64,000 bases of DNA, from NCBI GenBank assembly GCA_963667015.2, contig CAXXJJ010000004.1, positions 1,536,001-1,600,000 on the forward strand, written 5' to 3'. Below the pieces are notes generated by a model. The model saw nothing but the letters and a program-made list of their open reading frames with translations. It was not told the DNA's origin and searched no databases. The position numbers and the translations under genes are program-made. This document shows positions 10,739 through 20,715 of this stretch, in pieces; the first letter of the stretch is position 1; every line of letters starts with the position of its first letter. This DNA comes from Desulfatiglandales bacterium. GTDB taxonomy: Bacteria; Desulfobacterota; DSM-4660; Desulfatiglandales; HGW-15.

Positions 10739-11690
10739 ATGAAATCAGCAACATTGCGAACTTTACTGTTTATACTGCTAACAATGAGCCTTTGTATAAC
10801 TATATCCTGTAACTCAGAAGAGGCCGGAGATCTGACCGATGATTCGGGCACCTCCGATTCTTCCGGAACAGGAGGGGACAATAATGGCGATGATACTGAC
10901 TCAGATCCACTTGGTACCGGGGCCATCATCATTGATCATACCAGTACTGACCTGTCATTTGTCCCGCTGGATTGGATAGAAGAAGCAAAAGACATTCTTC
11001 ACATTGCCTATGGGCACACATCTCATGGCAGTCAGATCACTACCGGCATGACAGGGCTCGTGAGTTTTGCAAATGCCCCCAATGGCGGCTCAACATACGA
11101 ATGGAATAATGGAGGCACAAACGGCGCCCTGGATCTGCGGGACAGTCCGTTCTCAGGTGCAAGCGATCTGGGGAATCCTGATCGCACAGCATGGGCTGAC
11201 GCCACACGTGACTACCTGGATTCCCATTCGGACATAAACGTAATAATCTGGTCATGGTGCGGACAGGCCGACGGAACCGAAGAAGATATTGATCTGTATC
11301 ATGGATTTTATGAATGACCTTGAGACTGATTATCCTGATGTAATGTTTGTCTATATGACCGGTCATACCAATGGAACAGGGCTGGATGGAAACCTTCATC
11401 AGCGCAACCAGCAGATAAGAGATTATTGCGAAGCAAATGGCAAAATCCTGTATGATTTTGAAGATATTGAAAGCTACGATCCTGATGGTGAATACTATGG
11501 TGACCTCTATGTAACGGACAGTTGTGATTACAATGATGGCAACTGGGCCACTGAATGGCAGGATTCACATACCGAAGGGGTTGACTGGTATAATTGCTCC
11601 TCTGCCCACAGCCAGCCACTGAATGCGAACCAGAAGGCCTATGCAGCCTGGTGGCTCTGGGCAAGGCTGGCCGGATGGGACGGCAATTAG
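10739..11690 (+). pseudogene. lipoprotein of unknown function split by a +1 frameshift at ~11300
   Basis: Lipobox ISC, Gly/Ser/Asp linker, YGHTSHGSQ and WSWCGQ; removing one base at 11300-11301 gives DIDLYLDFMNDLETDYPDVMFVYMTGH (316 aa); may be a sequencing error. Confidence 0.75.
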
Positions 11691-11694
11691 ACAA

Positions 11695-12441
11695 ATGAAT
11701 AATAAGAACAAAGAATCAGCCAGTTCGGGGCACTGTTGTTTCTGCGGGAAAACCCATTACCTGGAACAAGGTAGGGCCAGAGAGCATTGTCTTGAACTGA
11801 TGAAAACCCTGGAGGATTCCAGGCGCATTGATTTGCATGTTCCGGCACATGAGGCAAATCCACGTTTATCGCTGGATTATATCAAGGGGGAAGCCAGGGG
11901 GCAGATGTTCGGTGTACTGGAGTGCCTCGGCCATGATGGAAAGACTGTAATCTTAAAGGCCTTTTCCGGACAATATAATGGTATCTGGGATGTTGAAGGA
12001 TGGGCGCCTCCACTTCTTGATGTAGTCAAATTTAATTCACTGGTCAATAATACAGACAAACAGATCAAGGATCTGGGAAAAAGGATCGACGGACTTCATG
12101 AAGGTCTTGAAAGAAAAGAGCTGATTCAGGAACGAAAAAAGTTGTCACAATCCCTGATGAAAGAAATACATGCACTATATCGAGTCCGCAACTTCCGGTC
12201 AGAGGTGAGATCACTTTTTGATTTTTTTGAAAACGGTATTCCCACCGGTACCGGAGACTGCTGCGCGCCCAAACTATTGAACGCTGCGGCAAAGCAGAAT
12301 CTTGTGCCTAAAAGCCTTGCGGAGATTTACTGGGGCAGAACAAACCGCTCGGGGACACGTCAACAGGGGTATTTTTATGCTCCCTGCGAAGAAAAGTGTC
12401 AGCCCCTCCTGGATTTTATACTGTGCGGAATCGGACGATAG
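11695..12441 (+). CDS. stand-alone TrcP-type deaminase-like domain (N-terminal half of long RluA-family proteins)
   Basis: GQMFGVL, AFSG, W.PP, GTGDCCAPKLL, LAEIYWG, FYAPCEEKC motifs; short coiled coil. Confidence 0.75.
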   Translation: MNNKNKESASSGHCCFCGKTHYLEQGRAREHCLELMKTLEDSRRIDLHVPAHEANPRLSLDYIKGEARGQMFGVLECLGHDGKTVILKAFSGQYNGIWDVEGWAPPLLDVVKFNSLVNNTDKQIKDLGKRIDGLHEGLERKELIQERKKLSQSLMKEIHALYRVRNFRSEVRSLFDFFENGIPTGTGDCCAPKLLNAAAKQNLVPKSLAEIYWGRTNRSGTRQQGYFYAPCEEKCQPLLDFILCGIGR

Positions 12442-12442
12442 G

Positions 12443-13078
12443 ATGTTTGAAATAGAAATCATCTACAAGGATTCTTCTATCGTTGTTGTGAATAAACCGG
12501 GTGGGCTTTTATCGGTACCAGGACGGGGACCCGACAAACAGGACTGCCTCGTGAGCCGTATCAGAGATCAATATCCGGGATGTATGGCCCAGCCCTCTGT
12601 TCACCGCCTGGACATGGATACATCCGGGCTGATGATTCTGGCTTTAACAGCAGACGCACATAAAAACCTGTCAATCCAATTTCAGAATAGATCTGTAAAA
12701 AAACAGTATTTTGCCATACTGGAAGGTGTTGTTGGAGAAGAACATGGAGAAATCAACCTTCCCTTTCGTCTGGATGTAGATAACAGGCCCTACCAGATTT
12801 ATGACCCGGTTCAAGGTAAAATGGGAACAACCTTCTGGGAAAAAATAGACATCGAAAATAATCAGACAAGAATTCTCTTTACCCCCATAACCGGGAGAAC
12901 ACATCAGTTGAGGCTCCATGCATCCCACCCCATGGGACTGGGCTGCCCGATAGTGGGTGACAGGCTTTATGGCAATGGAAAGCCTGGTGATCCCCTGCTC
13001 CTGCACGCCTCTTACCTGAGCTTTCAGCATCCTGATAATGGTAAAATATTATATTTCGAAAGCCCCTCAAGGTTTTGA
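12443..13078 (+). CDS. RluA-family pseudouridine synthase
   Basis: VNKPGGLLSVPG, HRLDMDTSG (catalytic Asp), TGRTHQLR, PIVGDRLYG. Confidence 0.95.
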   Translation: MFEIEIIYKDSSIVVVNKPGGLLSVPGRGPDKQDCLVSRIRDQYPGCMAQPSVHRLDMDTSGLMILALTADAHKNLSIQFQNRSVKKQYFAILEGVVGEEHGEINLPFRLDVDNRPYQIYDPVQGKMGTTFWEKIDIENNQTRILFTPITGRTHQLRLHASHPMGLGCPIVGDRLYGNGKPGDPLLLHASYLSFQHPDNGKILYFESPSRF

Positions 13079-13200
13079 ATCAGTTGCTATTAATAAGCAG
13101 TAATTGTTCACATTTTCAGGACCATTCTTCCTCATATAATCGGGTGCAGCATTCGTAAACCCTGTCTTCAGCCTTAACCTTCTGTCAGCTTCCAATAAGG

Positions 13201-14313
13201 TTATTCCAAATTACTCAAAAAATCCTCACCAAAAAACATTTCCAGAGATATGGTTATACCTGGTGAAGGATGGTAGTCGTCCTCTTCTGCAAATGACACC
13301 TGAGGAGATATTTCAAAAAAAAGCCATTTTCGCCAGAAACCCTGGCGATAGCGAACTCCGGCTATCACTTCTGTCAGTCTGTTGTTGGGATATGTATCAA
13401 ATACCTCTTTAACACGATAATTAAGCACTTTATTACCACTAAGGGTATGATACAGATTAATATCTACCCAGTAATCATAACCCGGTTCACTCTCCTGCCA
13501 TCTGCCGGTTAAATTTATGCGGTAGAAGAGATATTCAGAAAAAAAAGTTTCAAAAAAAACAGAACTTCTGTTTTCCCAGCCATTGTCTGTAAAATATGAA
13601 AAATCCTCAATAAATCTAAAATCCCACGAATCCCATTTTTTAGAATAACTGTATCTGGGCCCGGCAAATACAGCCGGGGTCAGCTTACGAAACTTGAGGC
13701 CGGCTCTCAGGCTTAAATTCATCCTCTCTGCCGACATTAGAAAATAACGCATTGATAAGTAAAATTTTTTTGACTTGTTGTCTTCTTCATCACTGGGCTC
13801 AAAGTAATCGTGACCGTTGTCATCTTCTTCAAGAATACTTGATGCAAAAAGATGAAGCCTGTTTTCGAGGTTAGGAAGAACAAGATGCAGGCTCGCCTTG
13901 ACTTTAAAATCAATCTTTTTGTCCATTTCTTTAAGACCTGATAATTTCAATCTCAGGTTGCTGTTATCCTCTTCTATCTCGGCCCGCTCTTCCCTGAAAA
14001 AAGAATCGATCCAGTCCGCACTTGCACTGAGTGAGTTGGACAGGGCGGCATGGATGGTATCTGTCTTTTTCGGACTGCCATCATAAGCATCTCCTGTTTC
14101 ATCAATACTATCACCGTATATATCTACATTAAGAGTTGTATCCTTGGATTTTTTTTCTTCGATGGGAGAATCAGATGCTTCTGCAGGATTTGAAAAAGAT
14201 AGCAGGAGGTATAAGGATAAAAATGGTATCAAAAAATATAAAAAAAATCTGATAAACCCGGCACTATTATCAGATCCCATGTATTTTCCCTCTGAAATAA
14301 TATCTTTATTCAT
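13201..14313 (-). CDS. hypothetical exported protein, probable outer-membrane beta-barrel
   Basis: Signal/TM segment, alternating aromatic beta-strands, RKWLFFEISPQV near C-terminus. Confidence 0.6.
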   Translation of the reverse strand: MNKDIISEGKYMGSDNSAGFIRFFLYFLIPFLSLYLLLSFSNPAEASDSPIEEKKSKDTTLNVDIYGDSIDETGDAYDGSPKKTDTIHAALSNSLSASADWIDSFFREERAEIEEDNSNLRLKLSGLKEMDKKIDFKVKASLHLVLPNLENRLHLFASSILEEDDNGHDYFEPSDEEDNKSKKFYLSMRYFLMSAERMNLSLRAGLKFRKLTPAVFAGPRYSYSKKWDSWDFRFIEDFSYFTDNGWENRSSVFFETFFSEYLFYRINLTGRWQESEPGYDYWVDINLYHTLSGNKVLNYRVKEVFDTYPNNRLTEVIAGVRYRQGFWRKWLFFEISPQVSFAEEDDYHPSPGITISLEMFFGEDFLSNLE

Positions 14314-14367
14314 TCAGGAAATATATGTGCTTGCGGGCACTCTGTCAAATTCATTAATGTAATAAAT

Positions 14368-14937
14368 ATGATAACCTTCACTCTTTACATATATTTTATA
14401 AAGTCATTATTTATCTGTATCCTTCATTATATGATTGGAGAAGGATCTCTTGATCTTTTAATCAGTATTATTATTTCAATACTGGTCGTAAGGGTACAGG
14501 GAGATTCGGCACTGGGAATATTCTCTTATTTTCTTTCCTTTTATCTGTTTGCAGGGTTTATCTCTGAATTTGGAATTACAAAATATCTTGAGCGCGAAAT
14601 AGGCTTTGAAAACAATATTGGCATCAGGAATAAAAAATACAGGCAGTCATATGACGCCGTGATCCTGTTCAGCATTTTTTGCTCGGCATTAATAATTATT
14701 ACCTCTTTCTACAGCGCATCCCTTACAGTGCTGAATGAAAACTTCACTGCATACATAATTATAGCCTTTACCATACCACTGCAGAATATTAACAGGCTGA
14801 GAATCGCCGAGGCAATCCAGGGTAAAAAGATTATACTCCTTCCGGTATCAGAGGGAGGAATGAATTTAAAGACAACAAACATAAATGATCTTATTCAAAC
14901 CATGGGAGTTAAGAGTTTAGCAAACAGTAATAAGTGA
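14368..14937 (+). pseudogene. truncated polysaccharide flippase (Wzx/MOP) fragment
   Basis: LGIFSY...ISEFGI..YL.REI N-terminal Wzx pattern; only ~5 TM, then unrelated tail. Confidence 0.5.
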
Positions 14938-15041
14938 CGCATTATATCATGGCAGGGGCAATCCTATGATGTTTTTCAGCTCAATTGGCTTAGAGGCCAG
15001 ATTGACAATTATGGATGTCCCTGCCTGACACAAATGCGTCA
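14935..15041. other. 107-nt imperfect hairpin of unknown function
   Basis: TGACGCATT/AATGCGTCA, GGCAGGGGCA(A)TCC/GGATGTCCCTGCC, TCAAT/ATTGA, TGGC/GCCA nested stems. Confidence 0.6.
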
Positions 15042-15046
15042 AGCTA

Positions 15047-15087
15047 AAAGAAGCAAACCGCGCATGGTGATCTGTTGAGCGCGGTTT
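15047..15087 (-). terminator. intrinsic terminator of the lytic transglycosylase gene
   Basis: AAACCGCGC...GCGCGGTTT followed by GCTTCTTTT on the minus strand. Confidence 0.6.
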
Positions 15088-15137
15088 GAGAACCTCTGAC
15101 GAAATTAATTATTATTTTTTTGGGAATAAATATCTGG

Positions 15138-15785
15138 TTATATGGATGTTGACTCTTTTGATTCGGGTCCGTTTTTGTAGAAGTTCTGATATGCTAAAAC
15201 CTTCTTGACATACCGACGGGTTTCCTTGAATGGAGGTATCCCCTTATACTTATGAACATTCCTGGCGCCTGCGTTATAGGCAGCCAGTGCCAGCTTTTCG
15301 TCACCATTAAAACGGGTTAAAAGGGACTTATAATACCTGACACCTGCATGAATGTTTTCATTGGGATCAAAAATATCTTTTACACCAAGGGCTTTTGCTG
15401 TTCGGGGCATAAGCTGCATCAGGCCGCCAGCACCATTTCTTGAAACCGACCTCCGGTTGTACCCGGATTCAGCCATGATAATCGCCTTTACCATGGTCAA
15501 ATCAACATCGTGAAGATTGGCAGCTTCAAGTATAATAGGATTGTACAGAGGCTCAGCTTTTTTAATCTGGTGGGTGAAGATATCCTTTTTTTCTTCTTCA
15601 AGTACAACCGGTTCAGGTTTATTCTGTAATATTACAGGTACCTCAACCGGTTTGGGGTCTTCATGTAAAAATGGGACATGGAAAATATTAAGCTGGACCA
15701 TAAACATGAACTGTAGCATGAATAACAGCAACATGCATAACATCTGATAAACAGTAAAAGTTTTTCTTGTATATATATCTATCAT
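15138..15785 (-). CDS. lytic transglycosylase (SLT domain), membrane-anchored
   Basis: AES, GAGGLMQLMP, ALAAYNAG, ETRRYV motifs; ATG 15785 chosen because it lies downstream of the sigma54 site. Confidence 0.92.
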   Translation of the reverse strand: MIDIYTRKTFTVYQMLCMLLLFMLQFMFMVQLNIFHVPFLHEDPKPVEVPVILQNKPEPVVLEEEKKDIFTHQIKKAEPLYNPIILEAANLHDVDLTMVKAIIMAESGYNRRSVSRNGAGGLMQLMPRTAKALGVKDIFDPNENIHAGVRYYKSLLTRFNGDEKLALAAYNAGARNVHKYKGIPPFKETRRYVKKVLAYQNFYKNGPESKESTSI

Positions 15786-15835
15786 TATTATAGCTCTCTT
15801 ATCTTTATAAAGTATGAATTTTGACTGATATACAG

Positions 15836-15850
15836 GCAATGTCTATGCCA
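15836..15850 (-). promoter_or_regulatory. sigma54 (RpoN) -24/-12 promoter
   Basis: TGGCAT-AGACA-TTGC with exact GG-N10-GC spacing. Confidence 0.7.
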
Positions 15851-16008
15851 AAAGAGTCATGCAGACAGACAGGATAATAAGATATGATATCAATAAGATA
15901 GATTTAACAGATATAAAGCGGTAAAAAAGTGTGAAAAATTTTACCAAATATTTATGTAAAAAAGTGCCAATTACTGGTAAATAACGTAATAATTATAATA
16001 AAAAATAA

Positions 16009-16049
16009 AGAGGCAGGCCTTCACCTTTTAGCATTGAAGATCTGCCTCT
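16009..16049 (-). terminator. intrinsic terminator
   Basis: AGAGGCAG...CTGCCTCT stem then U-rich run on minus strand, after 16076 stop. Confidence 0.65.
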
Positions 16050-16075
16050 AATAATTAACCTTTAATCAAACCTGA

Positions 16076-16951
16076 TTACTCGTTTTTAAGTACAGTGGTA
16101 CCCTCTCCCCATTTATTAATTGTAAGAAACTTACCGTCCCGTGATAGGTATGGGGCGCCAAACAATGTAGCTGGCAGGCTTTCCTCTTTCCAGGTCTTCC
16201 CTCCATCAGCGGTTTTTAAGGCAATCATGCTTGTTTTTCCTGAAAGCCCCATGACAACCACTCCGTTGTCCGCATCGGTGAAACGTATTGCGGTCTGCGG
16301 AATCTCGTTGACAAAGCCTCCGCTGACAAAACCCATAATAGAGGGGGTCTCAAGTCCCAGAGATTTGGATGACCAGGTTTTGCCACCATCACCGGTAATA
16401 TAAAGGACACCTTTATCATCCACCAGATAACCGTCTACAGGTGTTCGGAGGGAGATTGCAGCTACACGGCTTACACCGTCGGGCAAAGTCAGGCCTGCCC
16501 AGGTTGCACCGCCATCTGTAGTCTTCTCAAATTTATTCCCAAAGCCAAACCATCCTGTCTTCGCGTCAATAAAAGAAACCAGACAACCGAATCCGCCGGC
16601 TTTATCTGCTACAGCACTCCAGGTTTCACCACCATCAGTACTTACACTGAGGTTTTTCATACCGCACTGCCAGATCGTTTTGACATCCACGATGTCAAAG
16701 TTGTAAAGTCAGCCGCCGCTGCTTTCGGCCTGTATCCATGACTTACCGCCATCCATGGTAAAGCGTGCCTTGCCCACATCACCGGCCCCTCCGTTTAGGC
16801 CAAATTTTTCGTTATCAAATGCGGCGATTCTCAATTTTTCCGCAAACAATTTTTGAGGGACCACTACCTTCCACTGTGCCTGGGCGGACACTCCTGCAAA
16901 CAGAGTCAATATCAATATGCCTAAAAATAAGATAAACTTTTGATGTTTCAT
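16076..16951 (-). CDS. secreted Ycf48/BNR(Asp-box) beta-propeller, predicted selenoprotein (UGA at 16709-16711 = residue 81; 291 aa)
   Basis: 80-aa and 204-aa ORFs are in frame across TGA (ESSGG-U-LYNFDIVDVKTIWQCG); (S/T)xDGGx(S/T)W repeats on both sides; SECIS-like hairpin; AGGAGG RBS only at 16951. Confidence 0.8.
16679..16699 (-). promoter_or_regulatory. SECIS-like hairpin
   Basis: UUUGACAUC-GUG-GAUGUCAAA, perfect 9-bp stem starting 10 nt after UGA, loop G at +19. Confidence 0.75.
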
Positions 16952-17217
16952 CTCTTTTTTTCCTCCTTAAAAAGTATGTCTGATTAATTGGATTGGTTTT
17001 ACCTATCTGATATAACTGAGACTATGGATTTTCCTATTATATGTCAACAGATAATTGCACTAATGTATCAAGCCGAAGCAAGAAGCTAATTTGGCTTTTC
17101 ATGATACGAAACCAAAGCAAAACCAGTTGGTGTAGATAATTTTAAAGAGGTCTTATGATCAGTGGTATCTTTTCCTGGCGGAAAGAGTGACTCTTTTTTT
17201 AAAAAAAATATCTTATT

Positions 17218-18486
17218 CTAGCGCTCTACAATATCGCTTTTTATACCATTAAGTTTTAGGGCATTCTTCAGTTCTTCTGCCCTGCCCTCCTGAGAAAATG
17301 CACCGGTATAAAGCCGATATATATTACGTGTTCCACTTATGATATAGGGGCTGTACCCAAGTTCTTCCAGGTGTTTTTTCTGTCTGTCTGCATCTTCCTT
17401 TAACTTATAGATACCAATCAGGTTTGTATATTTAGTGAGTCTGGACTCTGCGTCTTTTAGCTTTTCGGTTTTTATAAATGCATCAGCCTCTTCTCTTGTC
17501 TGAAAGTAACCGGTAAAAAGCCTGAACCAGGTTCCCTTTTCTCCAAGGTCCAATTTTATCCAATAGGCTGTTATTCCCATTTTTATAAAATCTGCTGCTG
17601 CCGTTTTTACTTTATCAATAGAGCCATAGGATCCCAGATAGATGGAATATGGAAATGATTTAATTTCTTCTTTAATAACTTTATGGGATTCGTCCTCGAC
17701 TTTTACTGATACATCAATGTCGGTTTCCACTTGAGCTCTCTTTTCTTCTTCAAAAGCAACCTTATTCTGAATATCTGGCTTTTCAAGCTCCAGCTTTTTA
17801 ATTTCTGTTTTTGGGGATGAGACCTTTTTTTCCCTGGAGACGATAACCTTCTTTTTATTAGTATGTTCTATCGAGACAGGTTTTGAGATTAAAGTTGATG
17901 ATTGTTTAATATTAAAAAATTCCATCATTTCATCCGGGATCAGTATTTTACCTATAAACATAGACAACAGCACCAACAGGAGAATCAATAATGTAAATAA
18001 TAAGGGATATAAACCCTATTTTGCTTTATCCAGTATATTATTTTTTTTATATTTCTGATTAGCCTTTTTAAAAACATTCTGAACAGGCGGTTTACTGGAA
18101 TCTTCAGATGGCATCTCTTTCATATCTGGAGGATAAGCATCTTTAACAACTGGCTTACTTCTTTCTGTCTTTGCTGGCGAAGTTATTTTTTTAATCAATG
18201 TTTTATTGGGAGTGCGCTTTAATTGAGCACTCTTAACCGTGGGCCTGTTCGGCGAGGGTTTCTCCGTTTTATAGGTAACTTTATTTACAGTTTCCTTTTT
18301 ATCTAGGGGTTTCCGGGTTGAAGGTTTAGGTTGGACTTTTTTAACTGGAGGACCATCCGAAGCAATATCTTTCTTAACGGCATCCGTATCTGCAACAGGC
18401 TTTTTCGGTGTAAAGAGATCATCAAATTGATCTTCAATACTTTCAGCAACAGACTTTTCTTTTAAATCTATTTCTTTATCACCCAT
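17218..18486 (-). pseudogene. SPOR-domain protein with in-frame TAG at 18016-18018 (422 aa if read through)
   Basis: 156-aa disordered ORF and 256-aa ORF are in frame (KAK*GLYPLLFTLLILLLV); two SPOR repeats (YSIYLGSY, WFRLFTGYF, YRLYTGAF). Confidence 0.7.
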
Positions 18487-18718
18487 TTAAAATTAACCCT
18501 TAAAAAAGGCAGACAATAATACTCAGAATGTCAGCGGAGCAGACCTTTCTATCATCCTTATATTATTGCCATGACTTTTTTTTTATCTTATATCAGGTTC
18601 AACCTGATCTGCGGCAATTTAAGTGTCTTGCTATTCATAGAACTGTATAAATTATCTTAAAAGGTATATCGGCTACAATTTATAAAAAGGATAATTTAAT
18701 TTTTTAAAAACAGTTTAT

Positions 18719-19209
18719 TTTTTATTTCTTGACTTTAAATTTTGTAACAAATATTTAATTAAAATTGTCATAGTATATCCAATTTTCAATAATTAAAGCC
18801 CAACAAAAACATTGGTATTTACAGTTTAAAAATTAATTTTCATTACAGATGATTTTGCCATTAAATTACATGACAGTATTTCATTTGCTGTAAATAAATC
18901 ACCGGGTCGACATTGATTTTTTTCTGTGTGAATACGCTGCACATCAACTTCTCATGTGATAAGCTAAATATCTTTCGCTGCGGATCTTTTTTCCCTGCTC
19001 CTGTTACGGTTAGAGACATCTAAATATTTTTAAACTCCATCAGTATGTTATTTTTTACCGCCAGTACCTTTTGGTAAATTTTTATCGACCCATCATTTTA
19101 GCATCAAGATAAAGATTTTATTAAGTCATAAGAGCGGAGCGTCATCTATCTTCTTAAGGGAAGTCAGGTGAATCAGTTTTCTAACTTATTTAAAAGGGGG
19201 CTTATTAAA
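18719..19209 (+). promoter_or_regulatory. promoter and long leader of TonB-dependent receptor 1, paralogous to 22988-23474
   Basis: TTGACT-N17-TATTTA at 18729; colinear blocks CCGGGTC and GCTCCTGTTA shared with the second leader. Confidence 0.65.
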
Positions 19210-19598
19210 ATGTTTAAACGGATTCCTCTATTTACACGTGTATTAAAACTCATATTAATTATTGGAGTATTACTTATATGCGGGACTGCAATTGGGCAGG
19301 AAAATGAACAAACCAAAAGAAGTAAACAAAACCAGGATGAATTCATGCTCGAGGAAATAACCGTAACAGCGCAATTTCAGGAAACGAATCTTCAGGAAAC
19401 ACCGCTGGCGATCACAGCAATTACAGGTGAGAAGCTCGAGTTGCAGAATATACAGAGTGTCCAGGATCTGGGACTGGTTGTTCCTAATGCAAATATTCGT
19501 CAACAGGGTAATGCCATGGGACCAAACGCCCAAATCGGCCTGCGCGGTGTAGGGCAGTTCGATTTTATACCTGCCTTTGAACCGGGGGTCGGAGTATA

Positions 19599-20715
19599 TT
19601 AACCCGGCAACAAAATACTTAACAAATGGATCGTATTTTGTTATAACACGATCATGGAAAAAATAGACGCAAGGAAACTCAGCACTGATGCCCAACAACA
19701 AATTCGTAATCAAGTCATTCGACTCCGAAAACAGGGACGAACGCATAATGAGATCAGTGCCATTACAGGAGTGAGCCGATCCATTTGCAGTACATGGTGG
19801 GCTCTTTATCAAAAAGAAGGTAATAAAGCCCTTAAAATTAAAAAGCGTGGCCGTCCAAAGGGCAGTTGCCGCACGTTGACACCTGATCAGGAAAAAGAAT
19901 TGCAAAAAGCTATACAAGACAAATGCCCTGACCAAATGAAATTACCATTTGCTTTGTGGACACGCATTGCCGTACAGCAACTCATCAAACAATTGTGGAA
20001 TATAGATATGCCGATCAGAACTGTTGGCGAGTATCTGAACAGATGGAATTTTACTCCACAAAAACCACTGAAGAAAGCCTATAAACAAAATCCAAAAGCA
20101 GTCAAAGCTTGGTTGGAGACAGAATACTCGGATATTTCCAAACGTGCAAAAAAAGAGACCGCGGAAATTCATTGGGGGGATGAGACTGGATTGTGTAACG
20201 ACAGTTACCATGGAAGAAGTTACGCTCCTCGTGGTGAAACACCGGCGATTAGGCTTCATCCCAGGTGCCAGCGCGTCAACCTGATTTCCTCTGTCACCAA
20301 TCAAGGTAAAGTTCGTTTTATGGTTTATAAAAACAAGATGAATTCCCAAACGATGATCAAATTCATGGAACGATTGATCAAAGATGCTGATAAAAAAATC
20401 TTTTTGATTGTAGATAATTTGAAAGTCCATCATAGCTATATTGTCAAAGACTGGCTGAAAGAACATGAAGACAAAATTGAGTTGTTCTTTCTTCCATCAT
20501 ATTCACCGGAATTAAATCCTGATGAATACCTAAACTGCGACCTAAAGGTCGGTGTACATTCTGGTATTCCAGCCAGAACAAAAAAAGAACTCAAGCAAAA
20601 AGCTATTTCTCATTTGAGAAAGCTTCAAAAACTACCTGGACGTGTTAAAAAATATTTTAAACACCCTAAGATTGCTTATGCTGCTTGATAGTCTCCTATT
20701 TAATTGCCGGGTTAA
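19599..20715 (+). mobile_element. IS630-family insertion sequence, 1117 bp
   Basis: TIR TTAACCCGGCAA (19 bp with 2 mismatches); TA duplication at 19597-98 and 20716-17. Confidence 0.97.
19654..20688 (+). CDS. IS630-family transposase
   Basis: HTH, WGDETG, IVDNL..H, LPSYSPELNPDE DDE motifs. Confidence 0.97.
   Translation: MEKIDARKLSTDAQQQIRNQVIRLRKQGRTHNEISAITGVSRSICSTWWALYQKEGNKALKIKKRGRPKGSCRTLTPDQEKELQKAIQDKCPDQMKLPFALWTRIAVQQLIKQLWNIDMPIRTVGEYLNRWNFTPQKPLKKAYKQNPKAVKAWLETEYSDISKRAKKETAEIHWGDETGLCNDSYHGRSYAPRGETPAIRLHPRCQRVNLISSVTNQGKVRFMVYKNKMNSQTMIKFMERLIKDADKKIFLIVDNLKVHHSYIVKDWLKEHEDKIELFFLPSYSPELNPDEYLNCDLKVGVHSGIPARTKKELKQKAISHLRKLQKLPGRVKKYFKHPKIAYAA

Noticed and set aside
11315..11317. 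TGA ending the 10652-11317 ORF as a possible Sec codon
   Set aside because: The continuation is in another frame, so this is a frameshift; same for the TGA at 45929-45931 in pncA
14935..15041. 6S RNA or SRP RNA identity for the long hairpin
   Set aside because: Too short and no large central bubble for 6S; no SRP GGAA/AGCAG motif
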